Below, piece by piece: positions 18,391-29,534 of a DNA stretch of 64,000 bases. The notes beneath the pieces were generated by a model. That model did no database searches and was not told where the DNA came from. It saw only the letters and a program-made list of their open reading frames with translations. Source of the DNA: an uncultured Nitrospiraceae bacterium (lineage in GTDB: Bacteria; Nitrospirota; Thermodesulfovibrionia; Thermodesulfovibrionales; SM23-35); NCBI GenBank assembly GCA_963727775.1, contig CAVSHB010000002.1:160001-224000 (forward strand), read 5' to 3'. The position numbers and the translations under genes are program-made. How positions within the stretch are numbered: position 1 is the first letter of the stretch; each line of letters opens with the position of its first letter.

Positions 18391-19312
18391 GAAATATGCA
18401 ATAGGCATAGACCTTGGCGGAACAAATATCAGGGTCGGTCTGGTTTCGGCAGCCGGTGAGGTTGAAAAAAAGATAAAAGAACCTACATCCGATAGTTTAC
18501 TTGAAACCATTATTAAGGCTGTAGACAGTCTTTTTTCCGATAAGGTTGTAGGGATAGGTATCGGCGTTGCCGGGGTTATTGACAGAAATAATAGAAAAGT
18601 CCTGAATTCGCCGAATCTTCACGCTGTTGAGGAAATCGACATTGCAAACGAAATGAAGCGAAGATTTTCGACGCCGGTTTTCATCGAGAATGACGCGAAT
18701 ACCGCCGCAGTCGGGGAGATGTGGATCGGCGCCGGGAAAGGTTTGTCGAGGTTTGTTCTCTTTACACTTGGCACAGGGATAGGGGGAGGAATAGTTCACG
18801 ATAAAAACCTCCTCGACATTTCAGCGGAAATCGGGCATATGACTATTAGTGCGGATGGGGAAAAATGTCACTGCGGGAATTACGGATGTCTTGAGTCTTA
18901 CGCGTCCGCGAGAGCTATCCGGTCAAAGACTGTATCGGTCCTTGAAACAGGCAGGGAGAGTTTGTTGCCCGGGTATTGCGGAGGCAACTTTTATAAGCTC
19001 ACAGTGGAGGATATTTTTAGGGCGGCACTCGACGGCGACAACCTTGCGAGAGAGGTATTTAAGAACGCAGGAAGATATCTTGGTATCGGTATAGCGAATA
19101 TGATTAATCTTATGAGCCCGGAGGCGATTATTCTGGCAGGAGGACTGATAGGAGCCTGGGATTTGTATATACAGGAAGCAATAAAAGAGGCGTCAAAAAG
19201 GGCCTTTAAGGAACTGTTTGAAAATGTGAAGATTGTTCCATCCATGCTTAAGGACGATGCGGGGACAGTCGGGGCAGCAGGGCTCGTGTTCTTTGGAAAT
19301 AATGAAACATAA
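18383..19312 (+). CDS. ROK-family sugar kinase (glucokinase-like)
   Basis: GIDLGGT, ENDAN, LGTGIGGG, EIGH...CHCGNYGCLE. Confidence 0.92.
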   Translation: MDKKYAIGIDLGGTNIRVGLVSAAGEVEKKIKEPTSDSLLETIIKAVDSLFSDKVVGIGIGVAGVIDRNNRKVLNSPNLHAVEEIDIANEMKRRFSTPVFIENDANTAAVGEMWIGAGKGLSRFVLFTLGTGIGGGIVHDKNLLDISAEIGHMTISADGEKCHCGNYGCLESYASARAIRSKTVSVLETGRESLLPGYCGGNFYKLTVEDIFRAALDGDNLAREVFKNAGRYLGIGIANMINLMSPEAIILAGGLIGAWDLYIQEAIKEASKRAFKELFENVKIVPSMLKDDAGTVGAAGLVFFGNNET

Positions 19313-19359
19313 AGATTGTTCGGTAACCCCGTATTTATTGCGGGAATAAACTACTATGC

Positions 19360-19980
19360 TTGGGGGAAGTTCAAGTGAAAAGTAAAAAGAAGCTGTTATG
19401 GGAATATGTAGAAGCTATAATTACGGCGTTGGTTCTTGCTCTGGTGATCAGGGCTTATGTCGTACAGGCGTTCAAGATACCGTCGGGGTCGATGATCCCG
19501 ACCCTTCTTATAGGAGACCATATACTTGTTAACAAGTTTATCTATGGCACGGAAATTCCCTTTACGGACAAGCGGGTATTGATACTCAGAAAACCTGAGA
19601 AGGGGGATATAATAGTCTTCAAATATCCGGAGAATCCTAAAAAGGATTTCATTAAGAGGGTCATCGCCACCGAAGGGGATGTGATAGAAGAGAGGAATAA
19701 GATTGTTTATATTAATGGGAAGGCGAGGGTTGAACCTTATATCCAGCATTATGACAGCGGTCTTAAATTTGGCGCTGATCCCAGAGATAACTTCGGGCCG
19801 TTGGTTGTGCCGAAGGACAAGTTTTTTGTAATGGGCGATAACCGGGACCAGAGTTATGACAGCAGGTACTGGGGTTTTGTTGATTTGAAAAGCATAAGGG
19901 GCAAGGCTCTAATTATATACTGGTCCTGGGACCCGAATAACTCTCTGAGGTTTAAAAGAATAGGGAGGTTAATAGAATGA
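19360..19980 (+). CDS. lepB: Signal peptidase I
   Basis: IPSGSMIPTL, FIKRVI, GDNRDQSYDSRYWG; true start may be GTG 19375. Confidence 0.96.
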   Translation: MGEVQVKSKKKLLWEYVEAIITALVLALVIRAYVVQAFKIPSGSMIPTLLIGDHILVNKFIYGTEIPFTDKRVLILRKPEKGDIIVFKYPENPKKDFIKRVIATEGDVIEERNKIVYINGKARVEPYIQHYDSGLKFGADPRDNFGPLVVPKDKFFVMGDNRDQSYDSRYWGFVDLKSIRGKALIIYWSWDPNNSLRFKRIGRLIE

Positions 19981-20324
19981 AAGATAAGATTGGCGATAAG
20001 GGTTTTATAAAAGGCTTTTTTACCATATTACTGCTTGTTGCCGTTGTTTTTGTTTTGATATCCTTTGGAAAACCGTACTTACGCTATTATACTCTCGGCT
20101 CCCATACCAGAGATTTTCTTAAAATGGAAATTGGGAACATTGATGTTATCAGAGCAAAAATAAAAGAAGAGGCAAAAGAGCTGAATATCCCCCTTGAGGA
20201 TAAAGATCTTGAAGTAACTCTCGATCAAAAGACAATCAGGGTTAAAGCAACTTGGTCCGAGACAGTCGATTTCTGGGGCTATTACCAGAAGAAACTGGAT
20301 TTTACCATGAATGAGGAGTATTGA
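19977..20324 (+). CDS. Membrane-anchored hypothetical protein (DUF4845-like, pilin-like N-terminus)
   Basis: KG-FIKGFFTILLLVAVVFVLI hydrophobic segment; directly follows lepB. Confidence 0.55.
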   Translation: MKDKIGDKGFIKGFFTILLLVAVVFVLISFGKPYLRYYTLGSHTRDFLKMEIGNIDVIRAKIKEEAKELNIPLEDKDLEVTLDQKTIRVKATWSETVDFWGYYQKKLDFTMNEEY

Positions 20325-20966
20325 TTGTTTACGGGACTGATACTTGAAACGGGCGAGATAATGTCCGTTAAACAAAGGAGCGGCGGGGCGATACTCTCGC
20401 TCAAATCAAAGGAAACAGCTTCCGCTGCAAGATTAGGGGACAGCATATCTGTTAATGGAGTATGTCTTACTGTCGTGAATATAAGCGGCAATGAACTCTC
20501 CTTTGACTTATCTGATGAAACTTTGCGGAGCACAAACCTCGGCGGCCTTAAAAAAGGGGATCTTGTTAACATCGAGCCGTCTCTGAGTCCCTCTTCAAAG
20601 ATTGGAGGCCATTTTGTAACAGGGCATGTTGATACAGTTGGAAGGATCCGTTCAAAGACACATATCGGCGACATGCTGAAATTTGAAATTGAGGCACCCC
20701 CGAAGACAACGGGTTTTCTGGTCGAGAAAGGATCGGTTGCAGTGGATGGAATAAGCCTTACTGTTGTTGATATACTTAAAGATAGGTTTACGCTGGTGAT
20801 TATTCCTCATACTGCGAAACTCACGACGTTAGGTGTAAAAGGTGTCGGAGATTCCGTAAATATTGAGGTGGATATATTAGGAAAATATGTTGCAAGATTT
20901 TTAGACAGACAAGGAGATAAGGATTCGAGTTTTATGAAGACTTTGATGGAAGGAGGATATGTTTGA
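20325..20966 (+). CDS. ribE: Riboflavin synthase alpha chain
   Basis: [42 protein letters not shown]. Confidence 0.96.
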   Translation: MFTGLILETGEIMSVKQRSGGAILSLKSKETASAARLGDSISVNGVCLTVVNISGNELSFDLSDETLRSTNLGGLKKGDLVNIEPSLSPSSKIGGHFVTGHVDTVGRIRSKTHIGDMLKFEIEAPPKTTGFLVEKGSVAVDGISLTVVDILKDRFTLVIIPHTAKLTTLGVKGVGDSVNIEVDILGKYVARFLDRQGDKDSSFMKTLMEGGYV

Positions 20967-22201
20967 TGCGGAACAACTCGGAGATTGTGAAAGATTATAA
21001 ATTCAATACGGTTGATGAGGCCATGGAAGATATAGAGAAAGGAAAGATGGTTATCCTTGTCGATGACGAAGACAGAGAAAATGAGGGTGATCTTTGTATG
21101 GCTGCGGAAAAGGTAACTCCCGGGGCGATCAACTTCATGGCAAAATACGGACGGGGGCTTATATGTCTGTCTCTTAAGCCTGAACGTGTCAGGGAACTTG
21201 ATCTTCCGATGATGACCGATGAGAATACTTCAACTTTCGGCACTGCCTTTACAGTTTCTATTGAGGCAAAAAGGGGTGTTACAACCGGGATATCTGCTGC
21301 TGACAGGGCAAGGACGATACTGACGGCAATTGACGCCGGGACAAAACCGGAGGATCTTTCAAGGCCCGGCCACGTCTTCCCTCTAAGGGCAATGCCGGGC
21401 GGTGTGCTGCAGAGGGCCGGACAAACAGAGGGATCTGTTGATTTGGCAAGGCTTGCGGGATTAAATCCGGCGGGAGTTATATGTGAAATAATGAGTGATG
21501 ACGGTACAATGGCAAGGGTGCCCGATCTTATGGAGTTTGCAAAAAAACATAATCTGAGAATAGTTACGGTTAAGGATATTATCAAATACAGGATGAGGAC
21601 CGAGCTATTTGTAAAGAGACTCGCAAATGTAAAATTGCCGACTACATATGGCGGCGATTTTAACGCTATCGCCTATGCCAACGACATAGACAACGTTGTC
21701 CATATCGCCTTGGTAAAAGGTCAAATAAAGCCGGAGGACGAGGTCCTCGTCAGGGTCCATTCCCAGTGTCTGACAGGAGATGTCTTTGCTTCGGAAAGAT
21801 GCGATTGCGGGGAACAACTCCATAAGGCGATGGAGAAGATAAGAAAAGAAGGTAAGGGGGTCATCCTATATATGAAGCAGGAAGGACGGGGGATCGGCCT
21901 GATTAATAAGCTGAAGGCTTATGAACTTCAGGACAAAGGTCTTGATACGGTCGAGGCCAACATTAAGCTTGGTTTTAAGCCGGACCTCAGAGATTATGGG
22001 ATCGGCGCGCAGATACTTGTCGACCTCGGCGTTCGGAAAATGAGGCTTATGACGAATAACCCTAAGAAAATTGTCGGATTGGAAGGGTATGGACTTAAGG
22101 TGGTGGAAAGGGTCCCTATAGAGACCAGCCCCACTGAAAGGAATATTGTCTATCTGAAGACAAAGAAGAAAAAGCTCGGGCATATGCTTGATAACGTTTA
22201 A
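20963..22201 (+). CDS. ribBA: Bifunctional DHBP synthase / GTP cyclohydrolase II
   Basis: [47 protein letters not shown]. Confidence 0.97.
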   Translation: MMRNNSEIVKDYKFNTVDEAMEDIEKGKMVILVDDEDRENEGDLCMAAEKVTPGAINFMAKYGRGLICLSLKPERVRELDLPMMTDENTSTFGTAFTVSIEAKRGVTTGISAADRARTILTAIDAGTKPEDLSRPGHVFPLRAMPGGVLQRAGQTEGSVDLARLAGLNPAGVICEIMSDDGTMARVPDLMEFAKKHNLRIVTVKDIIKYRMRTELFVKRLANVKLPTTYGGDFNAIAYANDIDNVVHIALVKGQIKPEDEVLVRVHSQCLTGDVFASERCDCGEQLHKAMEKIRKEGKGVILYMKQEGRGIGLINKLKAYELQDKGLDTVEANIKLGFKPDLRDYGIGAQILVDLGVRKMRLMTNNPKKIVGLEGYGLKVVERVPIETSPTERNIVYLKTKKKKLGHMLDNV

Positions 22202-22291
22202 GGATAATTTCTAAGAAGTGCGGAAGTAATTCGAAAAATATTTTTTCCATAACATCGGCAATATATCCTTTGTATAAGGAGGGAGGGTTTT

Positions 22292-22753
22292 ATGAAGGTT
22301 ATAGAGGGTGAGCTTCAGGCAAAAGGTTTAAAGTTCGGAATCGTGATGAGCAGGTTTAATGATTTCATTACGAGTAAACTTCTTGACGGCGCGGTTGACG
22401 CGCTGGTAAGACATGGCGCAAAGGAAGATGATATAGATGTTATGAAAGTGCCCGGCTCTTTCGAGATCCCTATGGTAGCCAAAAGAATGGCACTAAAAGG
22501 GGTTTACAACGCTATTATATGCATAGGGACTGTAATAAGAGGTTCGACCCCGCATTTTGAATATATTGCAGCAGAGGTTTCAAAAGGTATTGCGACAGCA
22601 TCAATGGAGACAGGTGTCCCGATTGCATTCGGAGTCATAACAAGCGATACAATCGAGCAGGCTGTTGAAAGAGCTGGCACGAAAAGCGGAAACAAAGGGT
22701 GGGATGCCGCGATAAGTGCTATTGAGATGGCGCAACTCCTGAAAAAAATATGA
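22292..22753 (+). CDS. ribH: 6,7-dimethyl-8-ribityllumazine synthase
   Basis: [34 protein letters not shown]. Confidence 0.97.
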   Translation: MKVIEGELQAKGLKFGIVMSRFNDFITSKLLDGAVDALVRHGAKEDDIDVMKVPGSFEIPMVAKRMALKGVYNAIICIGTVIRGSTPHFEYIAAEVSKGIATASMETGVPIAFGVITSDTIEQAVERAGTKSGNKGWDAAISAIEMAQLLKKI

Positions 22754-22762
22754 AGCCGGAAT

Positions 22763-22840
22763 ATAGTAAACAGCAGGCAGCATGCCGGAGGGATTCTTTT
22801 TGATATCACTAGTTTGTTGTTTACAGGCTGCTGCCTGCTA
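22763..22840. repeat. Inverted heptamer-repeat element
   Basis: ATAGTAA ACAGCAG GCAGCAT GCCGGAG ... TTTGTTG TTTACAG GCTGCTG CCTGCTA; AGCAGGCAGC pairs with GCTGCCTGCT. Confidence 0.65.
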
Positions 22841-22844
22841 AATC

Positions 22845-23255
22845 ATGAAACGGCGGAAGGCGAGGGAATACGCGCTTCAGATGTTGTTCCAGTCTGATTT
22901 TACGAAAAAGAAGATTGACAGAAAGGACCTTGAGGAGTTCTGGTCCGGGAAGACTGAAAGCGAGAAGGTTAAGGGCTTTGCGGAGGAGCTGGTAAAGGGT
23001 ACTCTGGACAGTCTCGATGAAATCGATAAAACGATTGAAAGAGTTGCAGAAAATTGGCTGCTGAAAAGGATGGCTGCGGTTGATAGAAACATACTCAGGT
23101 TTGCAGCATACGAGATACTTTACAGGAAGGATATTCCATCTGCTGTTACAATCAATGAAGCGCTGGAGATAGCAAAAAAATATTCTTCAACAGAGGCGGC
23201 GTCTTTTTTAAATGGAGTCCTTGACCGGCTTGCGAAAGAAACAGGTAAAATCTGA
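22845..23255 (+). CDS. nusB: Transcription antitermination factor NusB
   Basis: RRKAREYALQML, RMAAVDRNILR, INEALEIAKKY, FLNGVLD. Confidence 0.96.
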   Translation: MKRRKAREYALQMLFQSDFTKKKIDRKDLEEFWSGKTESEKVKGFAEELVKGTLDSLDEIDKTIERVAENWLLKRMAAVDRNILRFAAYEILYRKDIPSAVTINEALEIAKKYSSTEAASFLNGVLDRLAKETGKI

Positions 23256-23980
23256 TGCACTATGCCGTGCTCTCCGATGTCCATTCAAACCTTGAGGCAC
23301 TCGATGCCGTGCTTGCCGACATACAACAGAAGAAGATACGGGATTTATTGTTTATCGGAGACGCCGTTGGATACGGTCCGAACCCGAATGAGTGCCTGAA
23401 TCAACTTACAGGAAAATGCAAAGCGCTCCTTGCGGGAAATCATGATTGGGGGGTAATAGGACTGACGGATATGTCTTATTTTAATGAATATGCGCGGTAT
23501 GCCGTTGAGTGGACGCAAAGGGTAATCACAGAAGAAAATAAGAAAGTACTCAAGTCATTCCCTGTTACAAAGGAACTCAGGGATGAGGATGTCCTCCTTG
23601 TGCACTCAACCCCGAAAGAACCCGGGGAATGGCACTATCTCCTGACTCTCTGGGATGCGGAGATAAACTTCCAGTATTTCAATAACAAATTCTGTTTTCT
23701 CGGGCACAGCCATCAACCGTTTATTATAGAAAAACTGCCGTCGGGAGAGTTTGTGACTTACAAGAATGCCGCGAAGATAAGGAAAAGCAGAAGGTATATA
23801 ATTAATGCCGGCAGCGTCGGCCAGCCTCGTGATGGAGATCCCAGAGCCTGCTATGCCGTCATAAATGATGAGGAAGTAGCGCTGATGAGGGTCCCTTATG
23901 ATATTGTAAGTGTGCAGAATAAGATGAAGAAAGAAAAATTGCCCCTTATACTGATAGAAAGGCTATTAATCGGGAGATAA
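23255..23980 (+). CDS. Calcineurin-like metallophosphoesterase
   Basis: SDVHSN, GDAVGYG, GNHD, GHSH, NAGSVGQPRDG. Confidence 0.92.
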   Translation: MHYAVLSDVHSNLEALDAVLADIQQKKIRDLLFIGDAVGYGPNPNECLNQLTGKCKALLAGNHDWGVIGLTDMSYFNEYARYAVEWTQRVITEENKKVLKSFPVTKELRDEDVLLVHSTPKEPGEWHYLLTLWDAEINFQYFNNKFCFLGHSHQPFIIEKLPSGEFVTYKNAAKIRKSRRYIINAGSVGQPRDGDPRACYAVINDEEVALMRVPYDIVSVQNKMKKEKLPLILIERLLIGR

Positions 23981-23981
23981 G

Positions 23982-25763
23982 ATGAGACATAAAGAAGGAT
24001 ACAGGTCAAAGGATATGGGGTACAGAATTCAGAAATTAAAGAGGATGCATTGTTTTTTACCTCTCTGCTTGCTCCTTTTTTTCTGCTGTTTGCTTTCTGC
24101 TGCTTACGCTGCCGATAATCCACTCGACAGAATGAGAGATGAAACCCTTTCTTACTTCAAACCTGTGACCGGCAGGATAACGACGGTGGAGGACAAAAAA
24201 GTTACTGTAAGCATCGGGGCAAAAGACGCTGTGAAGGCGGGCATGAGATTCAATATATTCAGAGAAGAAGCGCCGTTTAAACACCCTGTTACAAAAGAAC
24301 CATTGGGGAATTTGGAGGCTTTAATCGGAAGGCTCGATATCAAACAGGTAAATCCGGATTCTGCTGAGGGAACAATTATTGAAGGCAATGTTAAGGAAGG
24401 CGATAAGATCAGGATATCTGAAATTAAAGTAAATATGCTTTTCTATCAATCAAAAGACACAGACTGGCATCTGGCTGACTCTTATTATAAAGAACTTAAG
24501 GATACAGGAAGGTTTAATTTATTAGATACGGGCCTTGACGCTGACAACCCGGCAAAGGTTATCGAAGAGGGGAAAAAAGTCCATGCGGAAGTTGTCCTTC
24601 TTCTGACGTCTAAGACGGGCGAGTCGGGCACATTGCTTGCCCAGAGGCTTTTCTGGGTATCGGATGGGATAAAATTTTCCGATACAGACATAAATATCAG
24701 TCCGGCCTTTGCAAAGGATGTGAAGACCGGCGGGAAATTCTTCAAACCGGTTGAGCAGGAGGAATATTTGCGGCTCGCATTGCCGTCCGACGCAAAGCAC
24801 ATAACGGTAGCTGATGTTGAAGGTAAGGGCAGGAAGGATATCGTTTTAGCCGCTGAGAAGGATGTCAGGTTCTACACGTTAGGCGCCGACCTACAGCCGG
24901 CCCATGGTGGTGCAAAAATAGAAGGCTCCAACCGGGATACTTATCTTTGGCTCGATTCAATCGATCTGAATGGAAACGGAAAGGATGAGATCATTGTCAC
25001 ATCGATGAAAGGGGAGGAGGTCTTTTCCTATATTTATGAAATGAAAGATGGTGAATTTGTTCTCCTCTATAAAGATAATGTATTCATGCGAAGGATGGGG
25101 GACAAGCTTATCGCACAGTCTTTTTCACGCGCCGAGGGGTTCAGCGGCGACGTATTCACCGTAGTCTGGGATGGAGGATTCAAAAGGGGTAGTTCGATAA
25201 AACTCCCCCGGAACGTCAATATTTACGACTTCATATTTATCGATGATGCACAGGCAGGCAGGCTTGTACTCGCATACGACGAAGATGGGTTCCTTAACCT
25301 TTATAACAGCAAAGAGGTAAGGATATGGAGGAGCAAGACCGGCACAGGCGGTTTTCTCGCGACATTCAAAAAATCTTCTTCCGCAACAACCTCAACGGGT
25401 AGGGATTTCACTTCTGCGTTATCAGGAACAACCTTGGTTGAGAGGGGCGACTGGTCCGTTAAGGACAGATTATGCCTGAGAAATAATGATGTCCTCGCTG
25501 TCAGCAGGGTCCCTCTCCTGGAGGCTATAAGGGGGTTCGGGTTCAAGAGATCGGAGATTAAAGCTATATGGTGGAACGGACTCTCGGCGGAAGAAGGCAG
25601 GTTTATAAATAATATAAGCGGCACTATATTTGATTATGCCGTCTCCGGCGATAAAATATTTGTTCTTGCAAGCCCTATGTTCGGAATTAACCCTGGGAAT
25701 ATACTGAAGGGAGAAAATCCCCTCAAATCGGAGATATACATTTTTAATATGAAAGGGATGTAA
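23982..25763 (+). CDS. Secreted FG-GAP/VCBS-repeat-containing protein
   Basis: Hydrophobic signal ending AAYA; ADVEGKGRKDIV and IDLNGNGKDEIIV repeats; start uncertain. Confidence 0.7.
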   Translation: MRHKEGYRSKDMGYRIQKLKRMHCFLPLCLLLFFCCLLSAAYAADNPLDRMRDETLSYFKPVTGRITTVEDKKVTVSIGAKDAVKAGMRFNIFREEAPFKHPVTKEPLGNLEALIGRLDIKQVNPDSAEGTIIEGNVKEGDKIRISEIKVNMLFYQSKDTDWHLADSYYKELKDTGRFNLLDTGLDADNPAKVIEEGKKVHAEVVLLLTSKTGESGTLLAQRLFWVSDGIKFSDTDINISPAFAKDVKTGGKFFKPVEQEEYLRLALPSDAKHITVADVEGKGRKDIVLAAEKDVRFYTLGADLQPAHGGAKIEGSNRDTYLWLDSIDLNGNGKDEIIVTSMKGEEVFSYIYEMKDGEFVLLYKDNVFMRRMGDKLIAQSFSRAEGFSGDVFTVVWDGGFKRGSSIKLPRNVNIYDFIFIDDAQAGRLVLAYDEDGFLNLYNSKEVRIWRSKTGTGGFLATFKKSSSATTSTGRDFTSALSGTTLVERGDWSVKDRLCLRNNDVLAVSRVPLLEAIRGFGFKRSEIKAIWWNGLSAEEGRFINNISGTIFDYAVSGDKIFVLASPMFGINPGNILKGENPLKSEIYIFNMKGM

Positions 25764-25770
25764 GAAAACC

Positions 25771-26490
25771 GTGTTATTGAACGGTCGAATACCAAAGCAT
25801 ATCGGCATTATCATGGACGGTAACGGAAGATGGGCGTCGTCGCGGGGCCTGCCCAGAATAGAAGGACACAGGCGAGGTGTCGAGAGGACGAAAGAGGTGA
25901 TTGAGGTATCCGCGGAGATCGGGCTGAAGACACTGACGCTTTTTGCCTTTTCTACCGAGAACTGGCGGAGACCCTCGTCTGAAGTCACGACCTTGATGAA
26001 GCTTTTCGAATTATATCTAAAGAAAGAAATCGGGAATTTAATGAAACACGGCATTGTCTTTAAAACAATCGGTGATTTATGGAGGCTGCCTGAAGATTTG
26101 CAGAGTGTCATTAGGGATACCGAACAAAAGACTTCCTACAATAAAGGCATGGTCCTTGTCGCTGCATGGAGCTACAGCGGCCGGAATGAGATTCTCAGGG
26201 CGGTAAAGAAGATGCTCTACTCGGGTATCACGCCCGAAGAGCTGACGGAAGATATGTTCGCTTCCAATCTCGATACCTCCGGCCTTCCAGATCCGGATCT
26301 AATTATAAGAACGAGCGGAGAGATGCGTATCAGCAACTTCCTTCTCTGGCAATCTGCATATTCGGAGTTTTATTTTACGGACACGCTCTGGCCTGATTTT
26401 TCAAAAGATGAATTTCGCCGCGCGATACAAGATTATCAGGGAAGGGAACGCAGGTTTGGGGCCATTCCCGTGAGGGCAGATGCACCTTAA
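25771..26490 (+). CDS. uppS: Undecaprenyl diphosphate synthase
   Basis: HIGIIMDGNGRWA, AFSTENWRRP, IRTSGEMRISNFLLWQ. Confidence 0.97.
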   Translation: MLLNGRIPKHIGIIMDGNGRWASSRGLPRIEGHRRGVERTKEVIEVSAEIGLKTLTLFAFSTENWRRPSSEVTTLMKLFELYLKKEIGNLMKHGIVFKTIGDLWRLPEDLQSVIRDTEQKTSYNKGMVLVAAWSYSGRNEILRAVKKMLYSGITPEELTEDMFASNLDTSGLPDPDLIIRTSGEMRISNFLLWQSAYSEFYFTDTLWPDFSKDEFRRAIQDYQGRERRFGAIPVRADAP

Positions 26491-27268
26491 GCGTCTGATT
26501 GTTGCTGCAGTTTTTCTGCCTCTCATTTATCTTTATGTCATGCATCTTTCTTCACAATATTTTTTCTTTCTCCTCGCGGTCATAGTTTTTACGGCCCTAT
26601 CGGAGTTTTATTCCATGTATCGGGTAACGGGGCTCTTGAAATATGTCTCTTTGTTTTTCGGGGTCATACTCCTCGGTACGGCGTATCTCGCAAAGAATAT
26701 CCTGCCGGATATCATGGTTGTTTCGGTAATGGCAATAATGGTTATAAGGCTTTTGTCTAAGAGGGACCCTGTTACCTCGCTTTTCGATATCGCGCCCCCT
26801 ATTATAGGTCTCTTATATATCTCGGGATTATTATCTTTCCAGGCACAGCTCAGGGAAATAGGTCCTAAATGGATAATCTTTCTTTATGCGACGGTATGGG
26901 CGTCTGATTCAATGGCATATTACATAGGCAAGGGGATCGGGAAAAGAAGACTTTACAGGGAAGTGAGTCCGAACAAGACGGTTGCAGGCGCGGTAGGTTC
27001 GGTCATGGGAGGCGCGCTGGGCGCGCTTTTGCTCAGTGCCGCCTTTGTCCCGCATATCAGGATAACTTCAGCAATATTCATTGGCATAATGATAGGAATA
27101 ATTTCTATAATAGGCGATCTTATTGAATCTATGTTTAAAAGGGATGCGGGGGTCAAGGATTCCGGCGTCATAATCCCCGGGCATGGGGGGATATTGGACA
27201 AGATTGACGGGTCCCTGTTTGCAGGTCCTGCTTTGTACTGGATATTAACCGCATTAGGATTAAAATGA
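26480..27268 (+). CDS. cdsA: Phosphatidate cytidylyltransferase
   Basis: SPNKT, GDLIESMFKRDAGVKDSG..IPGHGGILDKID. Confidence 0.96.
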   Translation: MHLKRLIVAAVFLPLIYLYVMHLSSQYFFFLLAVIVFTALSEFYSMYRVTGLLKYVSLFFGVILLGTAYLAKNILPDIMVVSVMAIMVIRLLSKRDPVTSLFDIAPPIIGLLYISGLLSFQAQLREIGPKWIIFLYATVWASDSMAYYIGKGIGKRRLYREVSPNKTVAGAVGSVMGGALGALLLSAAFVPHIRITSAIFIGIMIGIISIIGDLIESMFKRDAGVKDSGVIIPGHGGILDKIDGSLFAGPALYWILTALGLK

Positions 27269-27306
27269 AGGCATATTTATGACGCGATATATGGGGTAAA
27301 CAGGCA

Positions 27307-28467
27307 ATGATGAAACGCATAACAATTCTCGGATCAACGGGCTCCATCGGGAGAAGCGCCCTCAACATCGTTTCACGGCACAGAGATAAATTTAAAGTCG
27401 CTGTTTTAACGGCGGGAAATAATGTCGCCCTTCTTGAAAAACAGATTAAAACTTTCTCTCCCAGGATTGTGGCTGTGGCCGATAAGACCGCTGCGGGGGA
27501 GCTGAGAAAAAAAATGGGGAAGTCTTCCCGGTCTTTAGAGATACTGTCGGGACGGGACGGAGTTGCGGTCGCAGCAGCGTATGAAAAGTCGGACTTTGTC
27601 TTATCCGCGATTGTCGGCGCCGCAGGTCTGATGCCGACGCTCTCTGCAATACGCTCCGGAAAGACTATAGGACTTGCGAATAAAGAAGCGCTGGTGATGG
27701 CGGGAAGGATAATGATAAAGGAATCAATAAAGTATGGGGCAAAGATTCTTCCCGTCGACAGCGAACATAATGCCATCTTCCAATGTATTGAGGGACACAT
27801 AAAATCCGCTGTAAGAAAAATTATCCTGACGGCTTCCGGCGGACCCTTTATCGGCAAGAGCATTCGGGACCTGAATGGAATTACGCCCGCGATGGCGCTT
27901 AAGCATCCGAGGTGGAAGATGGGCAAGAAGATAACCATAGACTCTGCAACACTCATGAATAAGGGGTTCGAGGTGATCGAAGCGCATCATCTGTTCGGTC
28001 TTCCTCCGGAAAGGATAGATGTTCTTGTTCATCCGCAAAGCATTGTGCATTCCATTGTCGAATTTAATGACAGGAGTTGCATTGCGCAACTCTCAGTGCC
28101 TGATATGAAGGGCCCTATCGCATATGCGCTTACATATCCGCAAAGGCTTGATGATGTGATCGATGGGCTTTCACTTCATGAGATCGGCGCACTTACTTTC
28201 GAAAAACCTGAAAACAAAAACTTTCCATGCCTCTCTTACGCCTATGCTGCATTGGAAGCGGGCGGTACTATGCCTTCTGTTGTGAATGCGGCCAATGAGG
28301 TTGCCGTAAATGCATTTCTGAAAGGCGCAATCAGGTTCACCGAGATATCCCGGATAATCAGAAAGACCATGGACGCTCATTCTTTAAAGGCTGATGGAAA
28401 ACTTGATGTTGTGATTGAAGCCGATATGTGGGCGAGGGAAAAAGCGGAAAGGTTCATCAACGGATGA
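27307..28467 (+). CDS. dxr: 1-deoxy-D-xylulose 5-phosphate reductoisomerase
   Basis: LGSTGSIG, LANKE, PVDSEH, TASGGPF, HPRWKMG, NAANEVAV. Confidence 0.97.
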   Translation: MMKRITILGSTGSIGRSALNIVSRHRDKFKVAVLTAGNNVALLEKQIKTFSPRIVAVADKTAAGELRKKMGKSSRSLEILSGRDGVAVAAAYEKSDFVLSAIVGAAGLMPTLSAIRSGKTIGLANKEALVMAGRIMIKESIKYGAKILPVDSEHNAIFQCIEGHIKSAVRKIILTASGGPFIGKSIRDLNGITPAMALKHPRWKMGKKITIDSATLMNKGFEVIEAHHLFGLPPERIDVLVHPQSIVHSIVEFNDRSCIAQLSVPDMKGPIAYALTYPQRLDDVIDGLSLHEIGALTFEKPENKNFPCLSYAYAALEAGGTMPSVVNAANEVAVNAFLKGAIRFTEISRIIRKTMDAHSLKADGKLDVVIEADMWAREKAERFING

Positions 28468-29534
28468 CATTTATATCGGCGCTAATCCTCTTCGGCGTAA
28501 TCATATTCGTACATGAACTCGGGCATTTTCTTTTTGCAAAGATTATGGGCGTAAGGGTCCTGAAATTTTCACTCGGTTTCGGACCGAAGCTCATCGGCAA
28601 AAAATACGGGGATACCGAATACCTGATATCAGCTATACCATTGGGCGGATATGTAAAGATGCTCGGAGAAACATCGGAAGAACAACTCGGAGATGAGGAG
28701 AAACAGTTTGCGTATAATTATCAGAAGGTATGGAAAAGGTTTGTCATAGTTGTGTCCGGACCGCTCTTTAACATAATTTTTGCCGTGGCCATCTTTTTCT
28801 TCAGTTTTTTAAACGGCCTTCCTGTTATGACCCCGGAAATCGGCAGCACAATGCCGGACACGCCTGCGGCAAAAGCAGGGCTTGTGAAGGGGGATAGGAT
28901 TATGGAGATTGATGGGGTTACCATAAACCAGTGGGAAGAGATGACGGAAGTTATCCATAAGAACCCGGGAAAGCTGCTGAGGATGACAATACAAAAGGAC
29001 GGCAAGACCTTCCAGGTCTCACTGACACCGGAGAAGAAACTGGTAAAGGATATTTTCGGCGAGGGAAAAGATGTCGGATTGATAGGCATAAAGCCTTCAG
29101 GAAACACGATCATTAAAAAAGAAAATATCGTCAATGCCTTTGCCGACAGCATTGACAGAACCTGGGAGATGTCGGTGCTGACTTTGGTGTCAATTGTAAA
29201 ACTTATTCAAAGGGTCATTCCCATGGAAACCATCGGCGGTCCCATCCTCATCGTCCAGATGGCAGGTGAACAGGCGTCCAGAGGTTTTTTGAATTTTTTC
29301 ATTTTTATGGCGATCATAAACATTAACCTTGGGGTGCTGAATCTGCTTCCTATCCCCATCCTCGACGGAGGGCATGTATTGTTCCTGGGTATTGAGGCGA
29401 TAAGAAAAAAACCGCTCAGTGAGAAAGTCGTTTCCATCAGCCAGAAGATCGGCCTTGCGATCTTGCTTAGCCTTATGGTAGTTGTTTTTTATAACGATAT
29501 CCTGAGGTTGATTACGGGAAAACAATTCCCATAA
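28464..29534 (+). CDS. rseP: RIP metalloprotease RseP
   Basis: HELGH, PLGGYVKM, PDZ region, NLLPIPILDGG; ATG 28464 overlaps the dxr stop. Confidence 0.96.
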   Translation: MTFISALILFGVIIFVHELGHFLFAKIMGVRVLKFSLGFGPKLIGKKYGDTEYLISAIPLGGYVKMLGETSEEQLGDEEKQFAYNYQKVWKRFVIVVSGPLFNIIFAVAIFFFSFLNGLPVMTPEIGSTMPDTPAAKAGLVKGDRIMEIDGVTINQWEEMTEVIHKNPGKLLRMTIQKDGKTFQVSLTPEKKLVKDIFGEGKDVGLIGIKPSGNTIIKKENIVNAFADSIDRTWEMSVLTLVSIVKLIQRVIPMETIGGPILIVQMAGEQASRGFLNFFIFMAIININLGVLNLLPIPILDGGHVLFLGIEAIRKKPLSEKVVSISQKIGLAILLSLMVVVFYNDILRLITGKQFP

